64,000 bases of DNA from Octopus sinensis (Eukaryota): assembly GCF_006345805.1 (NCBI RefSeq), contig NC_042999.1, positions 107,570,001 through 107,634,000 of the forward strand, written 5' to 3'. Of this stretch, positions 53,948-64,000 are shown piece after piece. The translations under genes and the position numbers were made by a program. Below the pieces are notes generated by a model. That model had not been told where the DNA came from and searched no databases. It saw nothing but the letters and a program-made list of their open reading frames with translations. Position 1 is the first letter of the stretch, and each line of letters starts with the position of its first letter.

Positions 53948-54035
53948 TGTATGTATGTATGTATGTATGAATGAATGAATGAATGAATGGATGGATGGAT
54001 GGATCGGGGCGTCCTTATGCTGAATAAATAAATTA
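51350..54035 (+). mobile_element. Decayed L1/Tx1-like LINE (endonuclease clearest at about 52870-53420)
   Basis: DVVAISKTR, KLVVLDL..F*LVAIYAPTG.GQPDFF and a GD.N..LD-like motif. Possible 3' end ggggcgtccttatgctgaataaataaa at about 54005-54032. The 5' extent is weakly supported. Confidence 0.55.
52730..52839 (+). repeat. 55-bp tandem duplication, one mismatch
   Basis: gcttatagaaacatccacaacaagccagaggtatggaacacctgtcctt(c/t)cacag twice. Confidence 0.95.
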
Positions 54036-54964
54036 TTATTGCTGGTATTGTTATTGTATCCTGGGCAAGATCCAACATGTTGTCAAGCAGCTCTATGAAA
54101 TTTGGATTATTACCAAGTTTTACAGGATGAATTTATTTTTATTGTAAACAAGGTACTTCAGAATGTGTGAACATTTATTTCAATACCCAAAGTAGGCAAA
54201 AGTTCTGTGTTTTAGACATTCTTTGACTTACTTGTATTTATATTTTATTCAATATGCCACAGGTGCTTTTAAAAAGGAGGAAATACAGAATATTCTCCCT
54301 CAAAATAAAATGATAAAATAATCTTGTAATACATAATAACAAAGTTTTTAAAATTTACAATTTTAAAAAATAGACAGAAATCATAACGAAGTAAATAGAT
54401 ATACTTACCAACAAATAGTTGCGATGTTACACCAAAAACAAATTAAACAAAACAAAAGTAATAACAACAACAATACAATCTTTTGATTTTAACAAATGAA
54501 ATCACACTTTCTTTGCTAGCATCATAATCCATATACTTTTTTCTGCATCAGGTATTTTGCAACTTTTTCTTGCCTCTGCTTGGCCAAAGCATCTCTTTCA
54601 AAGTGTGCGCAAATATCTCATTTGTTAGACCAAGATAGAATATTTTTGTTGTCAATGTTGCTGTCTCGGTGAAGCCTTCAGACACTATAGACACACATGC
54701 ACTTTTGTTGGTGTGAATGCAGCCTCTCTTCTGATGACCTGCTAGGATAGAGTTGTGCACGACTTCTCTGGGTCTAAATCTTCAATAATATGTTTGGGAA
54801 TACATTCTGGAAACCACATTACTTAAGAACTGCTGTACTTGAATGACTAGGAGAAGGGAGATTCTTTCTCACCTACCTCAACATTCAAGTTGTTATTTCT
54901 GTGGTTCTTGTTGTTGCTCTTGTTATTTCGGTAATTCTGCTATTCTTGTTATTTTGAAAAATCC

Positions 54965-55187
54965 TTACTCTTTTACTCTTTTACTTGTTTCAGTCATTTG
55001 ATTGTGGCCATGCTGGAGCACCACCTTTTAGTCGAGCAAATCAACCCCAGGACATATTCTTTGTAAGCCTAGTACTTATTCTATCGGTCTCTTTTGCTGA
55101 ACTGCTAAGTTACGGACATAAACACACCAGCATTGGTTGTCAAGCAATGTTGGGGGGACAAACACAGGCAGCCAAACATATAGACAC

Positions 55188-55229
<42 letters not shown>

Positions 55230-55410
55230 ATACATATATATATACATATATACGACGGGTTTCTTTCAGTTTCCGTCTACCAAATCCACTCACAAGTCTT
55301 TGGTCAGCCCGAGGCTATAGGAGAAGACACTTGCCCAAGGTGCCACACAGTGGGACTGAACCTGGAACCATGTGGTTTGTAAACAAGCTACTTACCACAC
55401 AGCCACTCCT
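54965..55410 (-). mobile_element. SINE family A, full length
   Basis: All modules present. Confidence 0.9.
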
Positions 55411-55989
55411 ACACCTTAGAAAATAAACTAATGGATTCTGGGATTTCATCAATCAAATCAATATATACGAGTTGTTTTTTTTTGCTTGTTTGTCTTTTAT
55501 TGCTATTCATAGGCTTACAGGTTCACTGGGTGTTTTTAAGATTAATGGTTACAAATACCTAGATGCAGGGTACAGAGAAGTGGAAGATAGTCCACATCAT
55601 GGAATGCACTGATCAGATGGTGGATTCTTACCCAAAAATTAGGCAGGTTACTCTCTCTTGCTTTGTGTTCTTTTTATTATATTTTATTTCGTTATATTTG
55701 TATACTTTTATCTTTTACTTGTTGTACTCATGGAACTGCAGTAAGTTGGTACAATCATAAGCATACCAGACAAAATGCTTAACAACAATTTGCTCTTTAC
55801 ATTCTGAGTTCAAATTCCACTGAGGTCAGCTTCACCTTTCATCTCTTCAGAGTCAATAAATTACATACCAGTTGTGTAGTGGGGTCAACATAATTGACTA
55901 TCCCCCTCCCATAAAATTTCAGACCATGTGCCTGTAGTAAAAAGGGTCATTGTTATTATTATTATAATTGTAATTATTATTAAGGAAAC

Positions 55990-56455
55990 AAACTGGCAGA
56001 ATCGTTTGTACATCGTGCAAAATGCTTAAATGGTATTTCATCTGTTGCGGCGATGCTGGCGGCGAGCTGGCAGAAACGTTAGCACGCCGGGCGAAATGCT
56101 TAGCAGTATTTCGTCTGCCACTACGTTCTGAGTTCAAATTCCGCCGAGGTCGACTTTGCCTTTCATCCTTTCGGGGTCGATTAAATAAGTACCAGTTACT
56201 CACTGGGGCCGATGTAATCGACGTAATCTGTGTGTCTGTCCTTGTTTGTTCCCTCTGTGTTTAGCCCCTTGTGGGTAGTAAAGAAATAGGTATTTCATCT
56301 GTTGCTATGTTCTGAGTTCAAATTCCACCGAGGTCAACTTGATCTTTCATCCCTTTAGGGCCGATAAATTAAGTACCTGTGAAACACTGGAGTCAATGTA
56401 ATTGACTTAACCTCTCCCCACAAATTTCAGGCCTTCCTTGTGCCAGTAGTAGAAA
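55990..56455 (+). mobile_element. Young SINE B copy (about 56049-56288, CpGs intact) inside an older SINE B
   Basis: 17-bp direct repeat ggtatttcatctgttgc at 56032-56048 and 56289-56305. Confidence 0.8.
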
Positions 56456-56459
56456 AGAT

Positions 56460-56500
56460 TATTATTATGATTATTACTATTATCATTATTATTATTGTTA

Positions 56501-56562
<62 letters not shown>

Positions 56563-57414
56563 GTTGTTATCTTTTTTTTTCTTCTTTCAAATTTGCTTCC
56601 ATTTCTTTCCGAGTGTCTTCCCGACTCCTGGGGCAAAGAAACTCATAGTATACATTGGTAGGCCATTAAACTAAACTCACTAGTTCATTCATTTTTTTTT
56701 TTTTTCAAGTTAAATTAGAATACATGGGTAGTAATAGTTCTCACATCGACGATGCTCTTCTCAATACGTGTGATGTACCAGTTAAGACAATCTTTTGCAC
56801 TTCTTGCAGGGATGGTAAGCCAGGGATCATTCTCATATAATTTTCGGTTCCCTTCTTGATCATTGCTAGTGCTCCTACGATTACTGGTATTGTAACCGCC
56901 TTGAGATGCCACATTTTCTCAATTTCAATGAGCAGGTCTTTATATTTTCTGAGCTTGTCAAACTCTTTCGCCGAGATATTATGATCACAGGGGATGCTCA
57001 TGTCGATCAATAAGCAAACTTTATTGTTTTGGTTTTTCACAACAATATCTGGTTTATTGGCTTTGATGTTCGGTCTGCATGTACTGGAAAGTCCCACAGA
57101 ATCGTTACATTTTCTCCTTCAGTTACAGCTTCAGAGTGGTGATTATACCACTTGTCGGCAGTTTTGATATTGTAATGCCGACTTATTAGCCAGTGTAGAT
57201 ATTGGCCAACTCTGTCATGTCTTAATTTATACTCCACTGGTGCTAAGACTAGGTGGTCCACTGTTTCAATCATGTCGTTGCAGAATCGGCATTTTGGGTC
57301 TGCTCCATTTTTCATCACATTGGCCTGGTAGTTCCGGGTTAATAGGCTTTGATCTTGAGCAGCCAGGATGAAACCTTCGCTCTCTGCTTTTAGCCCTGAG
57401 CTCCGTAGCCACAT
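56460..57414 (-). mobile_element. R4/Dong-clade non-LTR 3' fragment (zinc knuckle + RLE) embedded in (AAT)n
   Basis: WLRSSGLKAESEGFILAAQDQSLLTRNY, CRFC..ETVDHL, RHDRV, ILWDFP, frameshift, then KPDIVV..LIDMSIP..K..KYKDL..PVIVGALA. (ATT)n at 56460-56570 and 57415-57500. Confidence 0.92.
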
Positions 57415-57430
57415 ATTATTGTTATTGTTA

Positions 57431-57502
<72 letters not shown>

Positions 57503-59485
57503 CAGAAATTCTTTGCCAGGTAGCACTACTAAGGGGTAATACTGGTTCAAAACAAACACTACATGCACAGGAATGCCATGACTGTCTAAGAAGCATATGA
57601 AACAACAAAACTATTCTGCATGCGTTCATTTTGTGTCCACAACATTGGTGGTTTGTAGAGTCATATTAAACAGCTACTGTCATGTGTTGTATTGATATAG
57701 TTATTCATTTTTTTTATTGCCTATAGGGGGCTAAACATAGAGGGACAAACAAGGACAGACAAAGAGATTAAGTTGATTACATCTACCCCAGTGTGTAACT
57801 GGTTCTAATTTAATTGACCCCGAAAGGATGAATGGCAAAGCCGACCTTGGCGGAATTCGAACTCAGAACGTAATGGTAGATGGAATACTGCTAAGTATTT
57901 CACCCAGTGTGCTAACGATTCTGCCAGATATAGTTATTGGCCAAGCTCTTCATGAAGATTACACTCCCATCATATTTTAGTTGGGAAGGTTAGGCAGCTT
58001 TCTTCTGCTGAGAGATACATTGTGCCTATGTCAGACATCATTGTTTATATTATCATAGTTGTGAAGGCAGTGAGCTGGCTGTATTGTTAGTACACTGGGT
58101 GAAATGCTTAGTGGAATTTCGTCCATGTTCTGAGTTCAAATTCCACCGAGGTCGGCTTTACCTTTCATTTTTTTCAGAGCCAATAAAATAAGCACCAGTT
58201 GAGTACTGTGGTTGATATAATTGACTAACTCTCTTCCCCAAAATTGCTGGTCTTGTGCCAAGATTTGAAATCTATATTATCATGGTGGAGAAGGGACAGA
58301 AGATTGTCAGAATCAACAGAACACTGGAAAAATACTTTGGTTTCTGATTTTGGTTCTCAGTCATTAGGTTCAACTCTGATTACCATTCTTTTGTGGTTGC
58401 TTAAAGAGCACCATTCAAGTACTGGACTCAATGTAATCTACTAAAACTCTCCCAATAAAATCTCAGGCCTGCAGCCTATATTAAAAGTAATTATTGTGAA
58501 TGGTGGCTGTCACAAACAGAAGTGCACCAAACAGAATATCTTGTGGTAGCTAGTTATGTCTCTTAATATTCTGAGTGGAAAGATACGACTTTGCTTTCCA
58601 TCCAGAAGTACTAGTGAAGTACCAGAATCTGTTTAATCAATTGCAATCTCCTTATTGTTTGTGTTTGTGCTAACCATTAATAATATTATTGAGTCAACAG
58701 AATGTCTCATTGTGTTAATCACATAGTCTGCATTTTGTATTAATCTCTTATTTCGTTATTTTATTCTTATATTATTCTTATACTATTAACCCTATGCTGT
58801 TAGAATCAAATCTTCTGTTTCTACTTTTAGAGTAGAGCTTTTAAACTATTGTTGGTTTACCCTTCTGGCATACTTCCTTTCTGTCAAGTTTTGTCATTCG
58901 TTTGTTCATCTAAAATCTGTTTTACCTTAAAATCATTGACTGGGAGAAGCACTTATTTGAAATAACATTTTACAGCAGGATGCCATTTCTGTCACCAACT
59001 CCTTGCCTGTTTCGAGTGAACAGTGAGTGATTGTAATAACAATAATGAATGTAAACATCATATCACTACCTCACTCAGACAGTGACAAGTGAAACTGACA
59101 GTGGAATCTCAACATTTATGCACATGCACAAATATACACACATACAAGCACACACACACACAAACACAAACACATACACACATACATCATTACGTGTGTG
59201 TGTGTGAAGGCACATGGCTTAGTGGTTAGGATGTTGCACTCATGATCGCTAAATTGTGATTTCAATTCCTAAACCGGGTGGGGCATTGCGTTCTTGAGCA
59301 AAACACTCTATTTCCTGTTGCTCTGTGATCACATCGGCATCTGACACATAGTACACCTGTGCATCTGTTCAGGCAGGAGAGAAAATGTATGGGACATACA
59401 TATTTATCACTATATACAAATCATTTGTACAGGTCGTTCCGCAAAAGTTGAATGTTCATATATTGTCTTCGACTGCAGAATCTGT

Positions 59486-59519
<34 letters not shown>

Positions 59520-60539
59520 CTAGCAGCTAGGCCCGGATTCACCCTGTCAGTTTGGATGATGTGGCTGTAAAACCTGCTCTGTGTAAGCATTCAACTTCTT
59601 TGGGCATGCTTACATTAACAAACAATTTTAGAATGACTTTTTTCTGTCAAAGCACTAAAAATAACTGACCAACAAAAATAAAAACAACCAAGAAATGGAA
59701 AATGTGTAGTTGTGAAGCAGACTTTTTAATCATGTGTGCCATACCTGGCCATCAAGTGGATTTTCTCCCATTTTTACGTTAATATATTTTGAAATTCCAT
59801 TTTGGTTTTGACTTTTGTTTGTTTAAGATTTTCAGCTGTTTTAACCTTATTGATGATCTTTTTCTGAAGACTAATTAGTTTCTGTTTGTAAATGATTGTT
59901 TCTTTATATAGAGGGAAAGGTTGTTGTTGTCTTTTGTATTTCTATTGACTTATCACTTATTGATTTCCCTTTGCTTTCATCTAAATATCATTTAGTCCCA
60001 CACTCATTATTCTCTAATAGCTCTCTATTTGAACTAAGCCCCTATCCACAATGTGTGTAGAATTTTAATGTTTTATCTATATCGTTTTTGGGGTTATATA
60101 CACACACTGTGCTTGAGGAGACCTATTGAGTCAAGTACATCAACATCAAAAAATCAAATGGAAATTGTAGTAGTGATAAATGTGCTAGTGGCACGTAAAA
60201 TACACCATCCAAATGTGGCCGATGCCAGCGCCGCCTTGGTTGGCTTCCATGCTGGTGGCACGTAAAAACACCAACCGATCATGGCCATTGCCAGCATTGC
60301 CTGACACTTGTGCTGGTAGCATGTAAAAAGCACCCACTACACTCACGGAATGGTTGGCATTAGGAAGGGCATCCAGCTGTAGAAACACTGCCAGATCAGA
60401 CTGGAGCCTGGTGCAGCCTCCTGGCTTCCCAGACCCCAGTCGAAGCGTCCAACCCAAGCTAGCATGGAAAACAGATGTTAAACGATGATGATGATGATGT
60501 TTTTGGGGTTATGACTTCAGAAGTAGCTTCTGAGTTTCT

Positions 60540-61260
60540 ACGCCTAGTATCTTCAATTCACTTAGCTTCCACTGTTATTTCTTTGGTGTAGTATTTATAA
60601 CTGGGATGGCCAGTGTATTTATACCTCTATCTCCCCTCTAGCACTGAATTTTCTTAATATTAGTCCAACACTTCTACTGTACTCTTTGAATTCTTCCTTC
60701 ATTTCTATGTGCTGTTTCTTTCTGTTTCAACTTCTGGATATTTATATCACTGGTTTTTGTCTAACTCTTTAATTTCAGTGTCTGGATCTAATTTAATGTT
60801 CTCAGTTTCAGTTAATTTGATTCTTCTTATAGTATAGCTTTGTTACATTTGTCTGGTTGCCAACTCATTTTCATATATTGGCTAAATTTTTTGAACAACT
60901 TTAAATAAGATTTTCAACTGGGAAATGACCCTTGTAAATAGTTCTAAGTCATCCATATAGTGCTAATAGTACATAATTTTGCTATTGCATTTCTAATGTA
61001 GGTGATTTCATTCAGTAGATTTATTAATAGTATCAGAGTAAGCCAGAAGAGTAGACAGAATAAGAATGCTCCTTTAAAGATACATCTTATTATGTGTACA
61101 TTGCTGTTTTAGTAATTTTCTTTGCTCTGGGGTGATATTGTTTTCTGTTTTGAAATGGCATGGTTGATGTATTGTTTAGTATTGAATTTTCTGTCTTTAT
61201 CAATGTATCTCCCATATTGAAGTGTGTGGTATGCTAACAAATGCTGTCTGTAATCAACCT
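60540..61260 (-). pseudogene. Older R4/Dong-like RT fragment
   Basis: Degenerate DY..AF..IPH, IRCIFKG and YMDDLELF..PDKC motifs in order. Confidence 0.6.
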
Positions 61261-61740
61261 ATACCATCAGCTCTTTACATTTTGAGTCCAAATCCTGCTG
61301 AGGCCAGCTCGTTTTTGATCACTCAAGTACCAATAAAATAAAGTAATAATCAAGTACTGGGGTCAATGGTGTCAATTAACCTATTCCCTTCAAAACTGCT
61401 GACCTTGTGCCTATAATATAAACAATTATTATTGTTGCTATTATTTTTATTAAACCATTTGAAGGTGGTAGTCTGGCAGGGTCATTAGCACACTGGATGA
61501 AATGCTTAGCGGTATTTCACCTATCGTTATGTACTGTGTTCGAATTCCACCAAGGTTGACTTTGCCTTTCATCCTTTTAAATAAATAAAAATAAATGCAC
61601 CCTTCTAAAGCCTAGCCAGGCTCATGGGCCCAATTTCCCAGTTTCAGTGGCATATGTGTTCCCCAGCTGAACGGGACACCAGTCCATCACAGCGTTACTC
61701 ATTTTTGCCAGTTGAGTGGACTGGAGCAACGTGAAATGAA

Positions 61741-62207
61741 GCATTGTCCTAATGAAACAAAACACCCTTCATCAGTTTTTCTGGGTGTTTAGTCTTGATA
61801 GCCTTTCGTAATTGCCTTAGCAAGTTGGCATAGAATTCTCTACTGATGGTGTGATCATTTTGAAGGTAGTCGATAAACACAGTGCCTTTTACATTCCAAA
61901 AAAACTGAGGCCATCACTTTCCCTGCTGATGAAACGACATTGCCTTCTTTTTGAGCAGACAAACAGGAGTATTTCTACTGCATGGATTGCCTCTTTGTTT
62001 CTGGTTTAAAGCAATGAAGCCAAGACATATCCTAGGTTAGAAAACGTTCAAGGAAACAAGCTGGATCTGCCCTAAACAATATCAGATATTCCTGTAATGT
62101 GATCAGCCTGGCGCATGTTTGATCAAGTGTCAGAAGGCATGGGACTCACCAATCAGAAACCTTCGTCATGCTAAGTTCATTGTGCAGAATATTCTCCACT
62201 CTCCTGA
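61741..62207 (-). pseudogene. Mariner transposase fragment
   Basis: VENILHNELSMTKVS.W.VP, ERFLT*DMSWLH, SAGKVMASVF, WNVKGTVFIDYL..LLRQLRKAIK..VLFH*DN. Confidence 0.88.
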
Positions 62208-63190
62208 AATGTTTCCACTCAAGATACTAGCACTATCAAATGAAAAGCTGCATAATTTTGAGTCAAATGGAATATTTAAGAGGCTAAAAACGTCCAGAAT
62301 AACTTTAGTGCCCCTGAAGAGCAGTCAAGAGGATTATAAAAATTGAGATCATTAGTGGGTATCTAGGTCTTCAGAAGCATAACGGACAATGATTGATTCT
62401 TGTTCCATTCAAGAGCAATCAGTGGTGCCATCACGTTTAATACCAATAAACATAGAATCTTTAACTTTTTTCTGATCCCATGCTGAACGTTATGAGCATA
62501 TAAGATTTCATATCCTATGGTATCAGATAGAAAATTATCTCAATGTTTAAGCCATTGCAATGCATTCTTCAGCAAGTTCTTTTACAAGATATACGAAGTT
62601 TCCTGTGTCATGTTCATGTCTTGTCTACCACAGAATCTGACTGCTTTGAAAACAAATTTTAATGCTCAATGAGCTACTTCTTGTTAGTGAATCAGCTGCT
62701 CATCCAGAGTCATGGATATGTTTGTCTTTGGCCTGTAGTGCTAACTGTTTTCCTATGTTGACCATATGAGTATGTGCAGCGATTTTTCATGTAATGTTGC
62801 TCCAGTTTCATACACAAGGCAAGAAAACAGTTTCCTTAGGCATTGAAATTCTGTTATACCGAACTCCTTCGGCATAACAGTAGATAACAGCCACGTGCTG
62901 AATATCATAATGAAGCCACAAGGCTTCCTTGAACCAGACTGGCAGTATGAGCGTTTCTTTGCATCATTGGGGAAGTTGAATATCTTTCCTGGCACAAATA
63001 GTTTCTGTGATGTGCAAAATTTCGATGGCACTTCTTGACATATTCGAAGTACTTTATCAGTAATTTTTTTCACTGAATTGTATCTCTGCAATCTCTAAAG
63101 GTCCTGCTTTCTCTTGACATGATTCAGTACCGAAGAAATCTGAAATTTTCTTCACTTTTGCTTCGGGTGAACTTGACATAGTATTCAGAA
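62205..63190 (-). pseudogene. hAT (ZMYM1/DUF4371-like) transposase fragment
   Basis: FNFPND..WFKEALWLHYD (TTF-type finger region), AVRFCGRQ, GNFVYLV, FIGIKRDGTTDCS*MEQESIIVRY, SFDSASILSG. Confidence 0.8.
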
Positions 63191-63649
63191 CTGATAATAA
63201 ATGAAAGAAGTCAAAAAGTGCAAGTAGATCAACAATTTCATATTAAAAAAGTAGGAAATTTCTTAATTATTCTTTATTAATTTATTAAAACTTACTTTTT
63301 TGACATCGTTATCCAACAGAAAAATTGAATTTCTTTTTTCGTTTAACAACTTTAAAATTCATCACACTTCAAAAAAAAGAAAAAAAACTAAAAACATTAT
63401 AATATATATTTGACTACTTTTTATTTGAATTAAATGAGTAACGTATAGTATATGTAATATGTGAAATATATTTTGAATATTAAAATGCTTAATTTTGGAA
63501 ATATATTAAACGCAGCAAACATAACCAGTAAAAATACAAATTGCAAGTATTTCAAAATGTGGGACACATAACGAAAACTAACAAAACAAAAAGAAAGAAA
63601 ATAGTGGTGCTTGTGTCTCAAACGTACAATAAGAGGTGTTCAGGAGAAG

Positions 63650-64000
63650 GATAGAAACATGAGATTGAAGCGAAGAAAGAGGGAAATAAAGACAGACAGT
63701 AGGTAACTGAGAGAAATGAACTCAATCTTTCTAGCGTCAGTATTGAATGAAGACTGATGAGCGACGAATGAGCGACGACAGTCAGCGACGATGGAACGCT
63801 GATGTTACAGCCGGGAATTTTATGTTCAGTATTTTTTTGGTCGATTAGCATATCACGGAGCGGAGGACATTACCATGCATCGATACCCGGAGGAAAGTAA
63901 CCTTTTATCGCAGCATGACTGAAAGGCATGTTGAGGCTGACCATTGAGGCCTTTCCACATCTTCATGACCACCAAGTTTTACGGTGCCCGGCTGCCGTAT
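63650..64000. promoter_or_regulatory. CpG-rich segment, candidate promoter or first exon
   Basis: Many intact CpGs against a CpG-poor surround and no recognisable TE motif. Runs off the window edge. Confidence 0.3.

Noticed and set aside
63750-63785. CTGATGAGC...GC motif as a hammerhead
   Set aside because: Followed by GACG rather than GAAA, with no valid stem III.

Overview
AT-rich eukaryotic DNA dominated by microsatellites and decayed transposons. The SINE repertoire looks like a cephalopod (Octopus-type) genome, which is an inference from pattern recognition. I see no intact multi-exon host gene, rRNA, tRNA gene or CRISPR array. Nearly all ORFs in the supplied track are microsatellite read-throughs or TE fragments. 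Recognisable remnants: mariner, maT and hAT transposases; Penelope-like (PLE) RT and GIY-YIG pieces; RTE, R4/Dong, CR1-like and L1/Tx1-like LINEs; non-autonomous Helitrons; a mariner MITE; and at least four SINE families. The main hidden signal is a set of type I hammerhead ribozyme motifs with palindromic stem III. One has a complete canonical core (19387-19480 +), two have an intact core with local helix mismatches (9201-9244 -, 18594-18669 -), and two are decayed (831-960 -, 39766-39802 -). Two of them point away from each other across a 102-bp-arm hairpin at 18.6-19.7 kb. Other points of interest are fold-back junctions at PLE truncation points, a twin-priming-type RTE inversion, a repeated RTE-tail/zinc-finger chimeric element, and one candidate signal-peptide exon.
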